Below are positions 30,408 to 40,310 of a stretch of 64,000 bases of DNA, piece by piece. The stretch is from assembly GCA_964449245.1 (NCBI GenBank), contig CAYUXY010000003.1, positions 13,222 to 77,221 on the forward strand, read 5' to 3'. Source of the DNA: an uncultured Candidatus Saccharibacteria bacterium (lineage in GTDB: Bacteria > Patescibacteriota > Minisyncoccia > UBA6257 > GWB1-50-10). The notes under the pieces are model-generated. The model had not been told where the DNA came from and ran no database searches. It saw only the letters and a program-made list of their open reading frames with translations. How positions within the stretch are numbered: the stretch's first letter is position 1; the number at the start of each line of letters is the position of its first letter. Made by a program: the position numbers and the translations under genes.

Positions 30408-30897
30408 ATTTATTTTTCCGGACGACAGCGAGAACGGCAATCGCCACCGAAATCACCTGTGTTCCGAAAAAGAAAAACTGCTCTTTTTCGAAGAACACAA
30501 AACCGGTTAATAGATGCACAAATGCATATATTAACCAGCCGGTTCTTTCGGTTTTGGCTTTTGACAGTAATTTTGTCCCTATCAAAAAGCCTACAGATGC
30601 CGATAACTCCGCGATAGTTAAAGCTCCGGCAAACGCCATAAAGGCAATCGCCGTCATAATAACTATCACGAGACAGTCTACCGTCCTCTCCACACTTTTC
30701 CGAGACGGGAACAAAAACTGCGCTCCCATCTGGAAAAATGTTCCTAATTCTAAAATGGAATAGATATATAATCCTATTCCAAAAAAATAGGAGACGGAAA
30801 GTGCGCCGGCTATTGCCCCCGCGAACCATCCGGAAGGTTTTCTCATAAATAAAAGAACCTTGTTTATAAGAAAAACAACGGCAACGATTATTTCCAT
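30406..30897 (-). CDS. Multi-pass membrane protein (weakly PnuC/SWEET-like, internally duplicated)
   Basis: About 6 hydrophobic helices with a repeated GW motif; SD AAAGGAGG and TTGACT-17-TATAAC promoter (30942-30970). Confidence 0.7.
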   Translation of the reverse strand: MEIIVAVVFLINKVLLFMRKPSGWFAGAIAGALSVSYFFGIGLYIYSILELGTFFQMGAQFLFPSRKSVERTVDCLVIVIMTAIAFMAFAGALTIAELSASVGFLIGTKLLSKAKTERTGWLIYAFVHLLTGFVFFEKEQFFFFGTQVISVAIAVLAVVRKNK

Positions 30898-31014
30898 TCG
30901 TTGCCTCCTTTCGTTAATTAAAGATTAAATTTTCTAAACTTGTTATACAATAAATACTTGATTCAGTCAAATTCGATGAAATAAAAATCGAGCCGGAATT
31001 GCTTCCGGCATTTT

Positions 31015-31113
31015 CTAATGGCCGGAGTGTATTAACAACACAACAGCCAAATAGATTATTGAGGATCCAGTTACTAAACACCACGACAGGACCCTTATTT
31101 CTTTTTCTTCCAT
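31015..31113 (-). CDS. 32-aa single-TM micropeptide
   Basis: MEEKEIRVLSWCLVTGSSIIYLAVVLLIHSGH*; SD AGGAAAGGA; promoter TTGACT-17-TATACC (31142-31170); hairpin 30992-31009. Confidence 0.7.
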   Translation of the reverse strand: MEEKEIRVLSWCLVTGSSIIYLAVVLLIHSGH

Positions 31114-31213
31114 AAAAATCCTTTCCTAAAATTCTGGTTTAGGTATATATTAAAAATTTGTTTTAGTCAAGCATAAAAACGCGCAGGGTCGGAACAATTT
31201 CGACCCTGATTTT

Positions 31214-31312
31214 TTAATGGGCCCATTGCAATAAAGATATCGCAATGGCCACTAAGAAAACGAGTTGGAAAACAGCAAATTTCCACTCATTTTCTTTTGT
31301 TATTTTTTGCAT
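31214..31312 (-). CDS. 32-aa single-TM micropeptide
   Basis: MQKITKENEWKFAVFQLVFLVAIAISLLQWAH*; SD GGAGG; promoter TTGACT-17-TATATA (31343-31371); hairpin 31184-31208. Confidence 0.7.
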   Translation of the reverse strand: MQKITKENEWKFAVFQLVFLVAIAISLLQWAH

Positions 31313-31418
31313 AATACCCTCCAATTTAAAAATCCTAATTTATATATAAAATTATTTACGAATTCAGTCAAATGTAAAAACAATTAGAGCCGGGGATTTA
31401 TTTCCGGCTCTAAAATTT

Positions 31419-31592
31419 TCACTGCGCCATGAGCCTCAATACCTCCTCCCGCAACTGCGGCGGAATCATGAAATATGTAGCGATGGCGGTTATCAAAAAC
31501 CCCAAAACCATTCCTGCCAACAACATCAGCAATAAATCTGAAATTCCCCATTCTTTGGCAGGAGGTTCCTGCCATTTTTTATTGTTTCTCAT
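31419..31592 (-). CDS. 57-aa single-TM small protein
   Basis: MRNNKKWQEPPAKEWGISDLLLMLLAGMVLGFLITAIATYFMIPPQLREEVLRLMAQ*; SD GGAGTAGGAG; promoter TTGACA-16-TATAAT (31635-31662); hairpin 31384-31413. Confidence 0.75.
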   Translation of the reverse strand: MRNNKKWQEPPAKEWGISDLLLMLLAGMVLGFLITAIATYFMIPPQLREEVLRLMAQ

Positions 31593-31695
31593 TCTCCTAC
31601 TCCATATTTAAATGATTAATAAGTTCTGTTTGCAATTATACCACAAAATACCGATTTGTCAATCGGCTGTGGGTGAATTCTCATGCTCATTACAC

Positions 31696-31762
31696 TTTTA
31701 TCTTTCTACTTTAATCTTTTCTGCCTACGGCAGATCTCCCGTAGGGAGACATCTCTCTACTT
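31696..31762. repeat. 7-bp periodic (NNNAAAG) tract with an inserted double palindrome
   Basis: ctttta-tctttct-actttaa-tcttt[ctgcc-tac-ggcag a tctccc-gta-gggaga]..tctct-acttct. Confidence 0.6.
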
Positions 31763-34294
31763 CTATTTCTTAAGCACCTTCCTCAAATACTCTCCCGTAA
31801 AGCTTCCCGCGAGGCGAGAAATATGCTCCGGAGTTCCCTCGCCTACGATATACCCGCCCTTGTCTCCCCCTTCAGGGCCGAGATCTATCACCCAGTCCGC
31901 CGTTTTAATTACATCAAGATTGTGCTCGATTACGACTACTGTATTTCCCCTATCCACGAGCTTATGCAAAACCTCAAGAAGCTTTTTAACATCATGAAAA
32001 TGAAGCCCCGTTGTCGGCTCGTCCAAAAGATAAATGGTATTCCTTGTATCGCGTTTCCCGAGTTCCGCACCGAGCTTTACTCTCTGCGCTTCTCCGCCTG
32101 ATAAGGTCGTAGCTGATTGCCCGAGTTTTAAGTATCCAAGCCCAACATCGTTTAATACTTTCAATCTGTCTTCAAGCCAAGGTATGTCGTTAAAGAAACG
32201 CGTAGCTTCTTCTATCGTCATTTCGAGCACTTCGTATATATTTTTCTTCCTGTATTTTACCTCGAGCGTTTCCCTGTCGAATCTCTTTCCTTTGCATACG
32301 TCGCATTCGACATACACGGTAGGCAAAAAGTGCATTTCAATAGCAATCACTCCGTGACCTTCGCAGTTTTCGCATCTTCCTCCTTTAACATTAAAGCTGA
32401 ATCTTCCGGGCTTATACCCTCTTACCCGCGCATCTTCGCTTCCCGCGAAAAGATCGCGTATATGCGTCCACGCGCCAACATAAGTTGCGGGATTCGAGCG
32501 CGGAGTTCTTCCTATCGGCGACTGATCTATATTTATAACGCGCGTAATATGTTCGAGCCCAGTCATTCCTTTATGCACCCCCGGAACAAAACTTGAGCCG
32601 TTCAATTTATTTGCGAGCGTTTTCCAAAGCACATCATAAACGAGAGTGCTTTTCCCCGAACCGGAAACTCCTGTAACGGCTACAAATCTACGAAGCGGAA
32701 TTTTTACATTTATATTTTGCAGATTGTTTTCGCTTATCCCTTTTATTTCAAGAAAATCATTTCTCCCGTCTTTGTCTATATTTACTATCCTTCTCTTTTC
32801 CGGCAACGGAACAAACTCTTCCCCGCGAAGATACTGAAGCGTAAGAGAATTTTTGCTCTTATCTTTCAAAATTTCAGGAATTTTACCTTCAGCGACCACA
32901 TTCCCTCCGTGTATTCCCGCGGCCGGACCTATATCAACGAGATAGTCCGACGAGCGGATTGTATCTTCATCGTGCTCGACGACTATTACGGTATTCCCTA
33001 AATCGCGTAATTCTATAAGCGTACCTATCAACTTTTCGTTATCTTTTTGATGCAAGCCTATTGTCGGCTCATCAAGAATATAAAGCGTTCCGGTAAGTCG
33101 CGACCCTATTTGCGAAGCGAGCCTTATTCTCTGCGCTTCACCGCCCGACAAAGTTCCTGCTTTTCGCTCCAGCGTAAGATATTCGAGCCCCACGTCAATC
33201 ATAAATTTCAAACGGTTTTTGATTTCTCTTAACGGGACTTCGGCAACATCCGAAAACTTTTTATTTTTTGTTTTTTCCACTTCTTCGAAAAATGCGTAGG
33301 CTTCTTTGATAGACATAGCCGACACGTTTGCAATGTTTTTTCCTTTTATTAACACGTTTAAGGCTTCTTCTTTAAGCCTTTTGCCGGCGCATACTTCGCA
33401 GACTTTCTCCGACCAAACATTTTCAACTCCAAGCCCGTGACAAGCTTCGCACGCTCCATACGGGCTATTAAACGAGAAAAGCCTCGGCTCTATTTCTGGA
33501 AATGAAAATCCGTCCTCGGGGCAGGTAAATTTTGCCGAAAGAGACACTTCGTTTTCCGTAATAACAGTAATCACGCCATTGCCGTATTTTAGCGCAGACT
33601 CAATAGCTTCAGACAAACGTAAACGCGTATCTTTATCTTTAAAGTCGAGCCCATAAGGCATCCTGTCTATGAGCAGGTCTATGGAGTGTTTTTTATTTCT
33701 ATCAAGCTCTATCCTATCGCGTAAAGAACAAAATTTCCCGTCTATCTTCGCTTCCGAATATCCGGCGTTTAAAAAATCATAAAGCATCTGATAATATTCC
33801 CCTTTCCTGCCTCTCACAACGGGAGCGAGAATAAGCATATTTCTTTTATTTACATTTTCTGCGGATATTTGAACCGCAACGTCCACTATCTCTTCATTCG
33901 TCAGTTTTTTAATTTCCTTCCCGCAGTTCGGGCAATGCGGAGTGCCGACACGGGCGAATAAAACACGGAGATAATCATAAATCTCCGTTATCGTTGCAAC
34001 GGTTGAGCGCGGGTTCGCGGAATGGCTTTTCTGGTCTATCGATATTGCCGGAGAAAGCCCTTCTATTTCGTCTACATCTGGCTTGCTTAATCTTCCCAAA
34101 AACTGCCGAGCGTATGCGGAAAGAGATTCTATGTATCTCCTCTGCCCTTCGGCAAAAATAGTATCAAATGCGAGAGAAGACTTGCCAGAACCCGAAAGTC
34201 CGGTAAACACTATCATTTTGTTTCGAGGAATTTCGAGATTAATGTTCTTTAAATTATGCTCGCGAGCACCTCGTATTATTATTTTATCGTTCAT
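31763..34294 (-). CDS. uvrA: Excinuclease ABC subunit A
   Basis: GAREHNLKN, two Walker A motifs ([16 protein letters not shown]), LSGGEAQR twice, Zn fingers. Confidence 0.98.
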   Translation of the reverse strand: MNDKIIIRGAREHNLKNINLEIPRNKMIVFTGLSGSGKSSLAFDTIFAEGQRRYIESLSAYARQFLGRLSKPDVDEIEGLSPAISIDQKSHSANPRSTVATITEIYDYLRVLFARVGTPHCPNCGKEIKKLTNEEIVDVAVQISAENVNKRNMLILAPVVRGRKGEYYQMLYDFLNAGYSEAKIDGKFCSLRDRIELDRNKKHSIDLLIDRMPYGLDFKDKDTRLRLSEAIESALKYGNGVITVITENEVSLSAKFTCPEDGFSFPEIEPRLFSFNSPYGACEACHGLGVENVWSEKVCEVCAGKRLKEEALNVLIKGKNIANVSAMSIKEAYAFFEEVEKTKNKKFSDVAEVPLREIKNRLKFMIDVGLEYLTLERKAGTLSGGEAQRIRLASQIGSRLTGTLYILDEPTIGLHQKDNEKLIGTLIELRDLGNTVIVVEHDEDTIRSSDYLVDIGPAAGIHGGNVVAEGKIPEILKDKSKNSLTLQYLRGEEFVPLPEKRRIVNIDKDGRNDFLEIKGISENNLQNINVKIPLRRFVAVTGVSGSGKSTLVYDVLWKTLANKLNGSSFVPGVHKGMTGLEHITRVINIDQSPIGRTPRSNPATYVGAWTHIRDLFAGSEDARVRGYKPGRFSFNVKGGRCENCEGHGVIAIEMHFLPTVYVECDVCKGKRFDRETLEVKYRKKNIYEVLEMTIEEATRFFNDIPWLEDRLKVLNDVGLGYLKLGQSATTLSGGEAQRVKLGAELGKRDTRNTIYLLDEPTTGLHFHDVKKLLEVLHKLVDRGNTVVVIEHNLDVIKTADWVIDLGPEGGDKGGYIVGEGTPEHISRLAGSFTGEYLRKVLKK

Positions 34295-34387
34295 ATTTTA
34301 TTGCCTATATGCCGAACAAACCCGCACTCGGGTTTATATGGGTTATATAAGAGAAGATTACATTCGAGAGAGATGAATGTCAAAGTG

Positions 34388-35155
34388 TTAAAAGAAAAGT
34401 AATATAACAAGCACTAATACTATCCTGTATATTCCGAAAGGAACAAACGTATGTGTTTTAATGAAAGACAAAACAAATTTAACCGCTAAAAACGCCACAA
34501 TAAAGGACGTGACAAATCCTACGACCAAAAACAAAAACTCATTCATATTAAAAGACACGGCGTTTTTTATTAAATCGAGTCCTGTGGCCGCGCCCATTGT
34601 AGGAACCGCGAGCAAAAAAGAAAATTGTACGATTGCCCTGCGAGAAACGCCCATATGAAGCCCGCCTAATATTGTCGCGGCCGCCCGCGAGACACCGGGG
34701 ATAATAGCGAGCGACTGGAAAACTCCTATTGAAATAGCTTGCCTGTACGTCAATAATCCCAAATCATCCGTCACCTCTTTTTTCCCATCATAAAACCGCT
34801 CAAAAAGAATTATGCCTATTCCTCCTAAGAGAAGCGCCCATAAAACAATATTAGTGTCTGCGAGCAAATACGTTTTTACTGTTTTGTAAAAAATAAGTCC
34901 GATAATAGCCGTTGGAATAAACGCCGCGATAATGCGCTTCATTATTCTTCTGTTCACAAATAGCTCTTTCCAATAAATCGCGACTATCGCGAGAATGGCT
35001 CCGAGCTGGATCGATATTTCAAACGTTTTTAAGAACTCGGTTTGCGAGTCTCCTAATATGCGCGTAACGAGCATCAAGTGCCCCGTCGAAGAAACCGGAA
35101 GAAATTCCGTTAAACCTTCTACTATGCCGTAGATAATCGCGTCGAATAAATTCAT
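34388..35155 (-). CDS. uppP: Undecaprenyl-diphosphate phosphatase
   Basis: GIVEGLTEFLPVSSTGH, IQLGAILA and PGVSR motifs. Confidence 0.95.
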   Translation of the reverse strand: MNLFDAIIYGIVEGLTEFLPVSSTGHLMLVTRILGDSQTEFLKTFEISIQLGAILAIVAIYWKELFVNRRIMKRIIAAFIPTAIIGLIFYKTVKTYLLADTNIVLWALLLGGIGIILFERFYDGKKEVTDDLGLLTYRQAISIGVFQSLAIIPGVSRAAATILGGLHMGVSRRAIVQFSFLLAVPTMGAATGLDLIKNAVSFNMNEFLFLVVGFVTSFIVAFLAVKFVLSFIKTHTFVPFGIYRIVLVLVILLFF

Positions 35156-35170
35156 ATCCCCCAAATAATA

Positions 35171-35206
35171 ACACACCCCGTCTGTTTATATCCAAACGGG
35201 GTGTGT
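35171..35206 (-). terminator. Hairpin terminator after the surface protein gene
   Basis: acacaccccgt...acggggtgtgt. Confidence 0.65.
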
Positions 35207-35229
35207 ATATTCCTAAATTATTTTTTTAA

Positions 35230-37125
35230 TTAGGCAAGTTTTCTCTTTCTCCCAAAGATTGCATATCCGGCATATACGATTCCGAAAAATACGAATACGG
35301 CTATGAAAGATGCAAAGTTTCCCGCTTTTCCAAAAGATAACAAATTGGCAAGCTGAAAAATACCTTTTGGAGTTTTGGTAATTGAATTCATATTCGCAAG
35401 AGCAAACAAATTCGTTCCGGTAAGCGTATCAAAGTTGTCATCGTTTAAAACGAACGAAGAATCTCCGAATGATATGAACCCTGACCCTGATTTTTTCGCA
35501 GTAAACTTTACAAGCGCAAAAATTGTTTTTTCATTGAATCCCTTCGGCATTCCTGCTGTTTTAATAATCATTCCGTTTTCTTCGTCGACAACATCATAAT
35601 CGTCGCGCACAACAGGCACCCATCCGGACCAATAAGTAGTAGAGTCATACTTGAAAATGTCGGACGGATAATGCATCTCCATACGCGCCGTATAATTCAA
35701 TGCATCCTTTTCAGGCGTCGCTATAACTATTATTGAAATTTCCTGACCTTCTATAGCCGTAACGGTGTCCGGAAGCGCAGAGAATTTAGAGGCTATTTTG
35801 GATGGAATATATGCATCATCAACTCTTATATCAACCCAACCGTCCATTAATTCGCTTACATCGCGCGAATTTACTTTTCCATCGTAATTAAGGTCAGCGT
35901 AGTTGCCTGCTCTATTTTCGCCCCAATTTACCATAAGCGTATTGAAATCGAGAATTGATTCTTTTACACCGCTCACAACAGTCGTCTGCGGAACAGGTAC
36001 ATATATGATGGTCGGCTCCGGAGTTACCGGCGTTTCCGGTTCAGGAGTCACCGGCGCATCTCCGTATCTTATTTCATCCGAAACAATCTCTGATTCTTCC
36101 TGATTAGAATTCCTATATTTTACATATACGGTTTTCATTCCCCATCCTTCCGTGAGCGTCCATGATTTTGAATCCGTATACGCCTCCCAATTGGCATCCT
36201 TTAAGTTTGCCGAATTGGCAATCTTCATTTGCGCCGCGCTTTTTGCCACTAAAGACAACTTAACGTCAACGGTGTCGGTTTGTTCCGCTCCATCGTTAAT
36301 AATAACCCGTGCATTTGAAATAGCCGTAATCGGAGTATTTGATCCACCCCCTCCTCCGCCACCCCCACCACCGCCATTATTTCCGCCGGCAAGAGTTTTT
36401 GCTGAAGTAATAACGAGCGGAGATGAAATCGCGCATATATTAGTAAGTTTAATTGCAAAATAATAAGTCGTGTCTTTATTAAGCCCGCCTACATTTATAG
36501 TTTGCGTAGTCCCCGGGATAGGCTGAGGAACGTTCATGAGCTGTGGCGAGATATAGAAATTGCCTTCCGTTATTTGAGAAGTCGAAAAATGTATTTCAAT
36601 TTGAGAAAGATCCCCTTGTGAAGGCGTGGCCCAAGAGAGGGCTATTTCCGAATTGGAATTCGCAGTCCCCAAAAAGTTAGCAACGGGAAACGGGCTATTG
36701 CACCCATCACCGCCTCCGCCACCTCCTCCGCCACCGTTTCCGGTATTAACGGATGTAATAACAATAGGAGAATATTCCGCCATTATATTGCTTGCGCGAA
36801 TACCAAAATTATACGTAGTGTCCGCAGAAAATCCCGAAATCTGCATTGATTGCGTCGCTCCGGGGATAGGCTGAGGAACGTTCATGAGCTGTGGCGAGAT
36901 ATAGAAATTGCCTTCCGTTATTTGAGAGGTCGAAAAATGTATTTCAAGCTGATTAATTGTTCCATCGTTCGGCACAGTCCACGAAAGAGTGATATTCCCG
37001 CCGGAGAACGAGGCCGAAAATCCGCTAACGGGAGCTACCGAAGCGTTCGCTACAGGCATCGCGGACAAAAGAAGTCCTATAATAGATGCTGTAACTGCAA
37101 TATTTCTGAAGATTTTGTTTTTCAT
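35230..37125 (-). CDS. Secreted, C-terminally anchored surface protein: two FN3 domains, Gly linkers, dockerin-like and cohesin-like domains
   Basis: Signal peptide; LSW...TTYYF FN3 pattern twice; ADLNYDGKVNSRDVSELM EF-hand-like loop; cohesin-like Y..D.F.Y...F.AKKSG.G.I.F; C-terminal TM plus KRK. Confidence 0.75.
   Translation of the reverse strand: MKNKIFRNIAVTASIIGLLLSAMPVANASVAPVSGFSASFSGGNITLSWTVPNDGTINQLEIHFSTSQITEGNFYISPQLMNVPQPIPGATQSMQISGFSADTTYNFGIRASNIMAEYSPIVITSVNTGNGGGGGGGGGDGCNSPFPVANFLGTANSNSEIALSWATPSQGDLSQIEIHFSTSQITEGNFYISPQLMNVPQPIPGTTQTINVGGLNKDTTYYFAIKLTNICAISSPLVITSAKTLAGGNNGGGGGGGGGGGSNTPITAISNARVIINDGAEQTDTVDVKLSLVAKSAAQMKIANSANLKDANWEAYTDSKSWTLTEGWGMKTVYVKYRNSNQEESEIVSDEIRYGDAPVTPEPETPVTPEPTIIYVPVPQTTVVSGVKESILDFNTLMVNWGENRAGNYADLNYDGKVNSRDVSELMDGWVDIRVDDAYIPSKIASKFSALPDTVTAIEGQEISIIVIATPEKDALNYTARMEMHYPSDIFKYDSTTYWSGWVPVVRDDYDVVDEENGMIIKTAGMPKGFNEKTIFALVKFTAKKSGSGFISFGDSSFVLNDDNFDTLTGTNLFALANMNSITKTPKGIFQLANLLSFGKAGNFASFIAVFVFFGIVYAGYAIFGRKRKLA
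36515..36947. repeat. 85-bp direct repeat (1 mismatch) inside the FN3 domains
   Basis: 36515-36599 against 36863-36947. Confidence 0.9.
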
Positions 37126-37224
37126 ACTGTCTGATTTTACTGGTAAATATTAGCATAGAACGGCAGAAATGTCAACACTACCGCTTATGGCGATATTATG
37201 TCGTAATATTTTTCCTGATTAGGC

Positions 37225-37881
37225 TTAAAACTTCGGTTTTTTGATGACCTGCACAACCTTCCCGTTTATCATAAAATCATCGTTTTCGTGGATATAAATA
37301 GGAGGGAAATTTTTAGTAGATTCCGACATTAATACAACTTGCCTGTTTTCTTTATCCAAAAAGAACTTTTTGATATTAGCCATTCCGTCGATAATAGAAA
37401 GCACAATATCACCGTTTCTCGGATGTTTTTCATTTAAATCTATAATCACATAATCCCCGTCTTCTATTCTCTTGCCATTGATTTTCGCTCGGTTCATACT
37501 CGGCCCATTTACCTGTAGCGCAAAGAAACGATGCTCGCCTTTTATTGATCTATCGAGTAGCGTGCTCGATATCCGCAAGAATCCCTCGACATTCGTTTCT
37601 GCAAAAATTTGCGCCGGACCGGCATTCACGGATCCTAATATAGGCACGGACAAAATTTTCCCCATTCCCATAATTCCCTTCTGCCACTCTTGTTCGTTCT
37701 TTTTTATCATTCCTTTTACCTTGTCAATTCTTAAAAGTCCCTTCTTTTCAAGCTCGCCTAAATGATGCTTTATCTTCTGTGGCGACTCTTCTCCTATAAA
37801 CGAGCCGATTTCTCTAAGAGAAAACTGCCCTAAATTTTTTTCCCGCGCGAGTTTTAATAATTGTTCTTGTATTTTGTGCAT
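37225..37881 (-). CDS. LexA-like S24 repressor
   Basis: N-terminal wHTH, ILGSVNAGP (Ala-Gly site), GPSM serine and NIKK lysine. Confidence 0.85.
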   Translation of the reverse strand: MHKIQEQLLKLAREKNLGQFSLREIGSFIGEESPQKIKHHLGELEKKGLLRIDKVKGMIKKNEQEWQKGIMGMGKILSVPILGSVNAGPAQIFAETNVEGFLRISSTLLDRSIKGEHRFFALQVNGPSMNRAKINGKRIEDGDYVIIDLNEKHPRNGDIVLSIIDGMANIKKFFLDKENRQVVLMSESTKNFPPIYIHENDDFMINGKVVQVIKKPKF

Positions 37882-37941
37882 ACCGTTATTGTAGCATATT
37901 TTTACGGAAATGGGTCAATATGCCGTAAAAATTGACGGATG

Positions 37942-38082
37942 ATAGAAAGTTAAAAGACGAAAGTTGAAAGATAAAAGTATGAATGCGGGTATTTTTCTTT
38001 CTTTTCTTTCAACTTTTTACTTGTCCCTTTTGTCTAATTACTTTTGCTTTCTTCTCTAACAACTAAAAACTAATAACTACAA
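37942..38082. repeat. Inverted pair of NNNAAAG heptamer tracts plus a ctctaac/aactaaa tract
   Basis: tagaaag-ttaaaag-acgaaag-ttgaaag-ataaaag, then the same family in reverse orientation, then ctctaacaactaaaaactaata. Confidence 0.65.
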
Positions 38083-39285
38083 ACTGCGCTTTCGCCACTT
38101 TATAAGTATGACAAATCCGACAACAATAAAAATGGTCATCGCTCCTACGGCTATCCTATATGACAACGCCTCTGTTCCTAAAAATAATATTATACCTCCC
38201 CACGTTAGCGGACCGAACATCGTAGCAAATCTTTCCGCTAATGTATAAAAAGAAAATCCATATCCAATTTCCTCACTTTTAAGCGTATTACTTAAATAAG
38301 CGCGCGTAACAGTCATAACAGAACCCAGTAAAAGTCCCATCATAACAGTGATACACATTAGTACAGCAAAATTAGGCGCTAAAGCAACGATTGGAAGCGT
38401 AATTATCCATCCAATTAATATAATCTTAAGTGTTTTTAAATTTCCAAATTTATCTCCAATATAACCTGAGAGTAGCCCTCCCAATGCCGACATAATTAAA
38501 ATAGAAAGCAAAAGCATTGACTTCACCATATCAGAAATACCAAAAACCCTTTCTAAATAAATCGAATAATTATTAGTTAATGTAACTAAGGCATCGTTGA
38601 AAAAGAAAAACGACACAATGATTGGTGCACACACAGATAAACCGAAAAAACTACGTGTTTTTGACCAAAAGTTTTTGACATCTTCTTTTGATTCCGCAAT
38701 ATTTATTTCGTTTTTTTGCGCTTTGTTATCTTTGAAAAAAATCAACATCGGAAGAGCCAAAATAAAAAATAAAATGACCGATACAAGTGGCGAAGCGACT
38801 CGCGAACCAACAAACGGCAATGCAATTAAAACTCCGGATACTTGCCCGAGCGAATTTGCAAATTGGCCAATACCGGATGCTCTTGCTCTATGATCTGGTT
38901 CTGCAATGCTTTCTATCATCGGATGATAAAATACGAATGCGAGTTGATAAAAATATTGCCCAATTAAGAAAAATATTGTCGCTGGAACAATATAAGATGT
39001 TCCAAAATACGCCAAAGAAGCTGCTGTGCCATAACCGACAAATGTACCGACAGTTGCGATATTTAGAAAAAATTTTCTTTTTCCCCTCTTATCTGTAAAT
39101 GCGGCCAAGACAGGGGCGGAGAAAAGCAAAATTAGCGTTGTAACTGCAAAAATCACATTGTACCAGATATCCGCGAGTCCGCCGTCGATAACTAGCCACT
39201 GCGAAAAATATAAAAGGAAGTTTATAAAAACTATTGAATTTGCAAAGTCATATAACGACCAAAGAAAAAGCTGTTTCTTCTGCAT
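38077..39285 (-). CDS. MFS transporter (UMF1/Atg22-like)
   Basis: WSLYDFANS start; about 12 TM helices. Confidence 0.88.
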   Translation of the reverse strand: MQKKQLFLWSLYDFANSIVFINFLLYFSQWLVIDGGLADIWYNVIFAVTTLILLFSAPVLAAFTDKRGKRKFFLNIATVGTFVGYGTAASLAYFGTSYIVPATIFFLIGQYFYQLAFVFYHPMIESIAEPDHRARASGIGQFANSLGQVSGVLIALPFVGSRVASPLVSVILFFILALPMLIFFKDNKAQKNEINIAESKEDVKNFWSKTRSFFGLSVCAPIIVSFFFFNDALVTLTNNYSIYLERVFGISDMVKSMLLLSILIMSALGGLLSGYIGDKFGNLKTLKIILIGWIITLPIVALAPNFAVLMCITVMMGLLLGSVMTVTRAYLSNTLKSEEIGYGFSFYTLAERFATMFGPLTWGGIILFLGTEALSYRIAVGAMTIFIVVGFVILIKWRKRSL

Positions 39286-39325
39286 TTTTATTTTGTATTA
39301 TTACCATTTACCTTAGCCTCTCGCT

Positions 39326-39420
39326 CTTTTTACTTTCATCTTTCAAATATCTTTACTCCTTTACAAACTTTATGAACTTTAAAAACTTTTAACTTTCGTC
39401 TTTTTACTTTTATCTTTTAA
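39326..39420. repeat. NNNAAAG heptamer tracts (minus strand)
   Basis: TTAAAAG-ATAAAAG-TAAAAAG-ACGAAAG-TTAAAAG and TTGAAAG-ATGAAAG-TAAAAAG. Confidence 0.65.
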
Positions 39421-40310
39421 CTATTTTCCCTCATCTCCTTTATACTCCTCCTTAATCCATCATCCAATCCTACGGTCGGTCTCCAATTTAAATGTTTCTC
39501 TGCCTTTGCATATTTCCCCCAAAATCCGGCTACATCGTAAGATCGCTCTGGAACATTGATTATTTTTGAATTACTTCCCGTAAGCTCAATTATTTTTTCT
39601 GCCAAACTAAAAAGCGAAATCGGGTTGTTTGCGCTTAATGTAAAATCATCACAAAAGCCTTTAGGCTTTTTTTGAATAAACCCAATTGATTTTTTAATAC
39701 CGGACAAGACATCATCTATATAGACAAAATCAAACAACTTCTTCTTCCCGTTTCCCTCAAGCGTTATTGGCTTATTTTGGAGCGCAAGAATTATAAAGCG
39801 TGGCACGACCCTATCCAAAATATCGTTAGTTCCGGTATAAACCCCGCAAAACCTTAATATCATTGTTTTCAATCCATAGTTTTGCGAATATTGTCTCATC
39901 AAATCTTCTCCCGAAACTTTCGAAACCGCGTAAGAATTCAAAGGTAATCGCGGACTCATTTCATCCACCGGAAACTTTTTATTTCCTCCATACACTTCCC
40001 TGCTTGATGAAAATATAGTCCACGCTTTCGGATTTTTCTTCCTTAGAGCCTCAAGTATGTTTACAGTTCCGTCTATATTTGTTGTTAAACAAGTATACGG
40101 ATCTAAAAACGCGTCTTTTGGGCGCGATATTGCCGCGAGATGAATAACTCCGGCAACGCCATCTACAACTTTTTCCAAACGGGCAAAATCGCGAATATCG
40201 TTTCTCTTATCATCTTTTATATCGTAGTTTTTAAACGAATATATCCGGCCTAATTGTTTCCGCAAAGAAGTTCCTATATATCCGGATCCTCCGGTAATTA
40301 ATATTTTCAT
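39417..40310 (-). CDS. NAD-dependent epimerase/dehydratase
   Basis: ITGGSGYIG, HLAA, SSSREVYG and YAVSK motifs. Confidence 0.92.
   Translation of the reverse strand: MKILITGGSGYIGTSLRKQLGRIYSFKNYDIKDDKRNDIRDFARLEKVVDGVAGVIHLAAISRPKDAFLDPYTCLTTNIDGTVNILEALRKKNPKAWTIFSSSREVYGGNKKFPVDEMSPRLPLNSYAVSKVSGEDLMRQYSQNYGLKTMILRFCGVYTGTNDILDRVVPRFIILALQNKPITLEGNGKKKLFDFVYIDDVLSGIKKSIGFIQKKPKGFCDDFTLSANNPISLFSLAEKIIELTGSNSKIINVPERSYDVAGFWGKYAKAEKHLNWRPTVGLDDGLRRSIKEMRENS

Noticed and set aside
30960-31420. ~200-bp periodicity as a CRISPR array or integron attC array
   Set aside because: There are no identical repeats and no cas or intI gene; the periodicity is explained by promoter-ORF-terminator units
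34312-34335. ccgaacaaacccgcac upstream of uvrA as an SOS box matching the LexA-MTase operator
   Set aside because: The spacing differs by one base, and the sequence is part of an aaacccg/cgggttt hairpin that is more simply the uppP terminator
36340-36740. ccN triplet tracts as regulatory microsatellites
   Set aside because: They encode poly-Gly linkers with mixed codons
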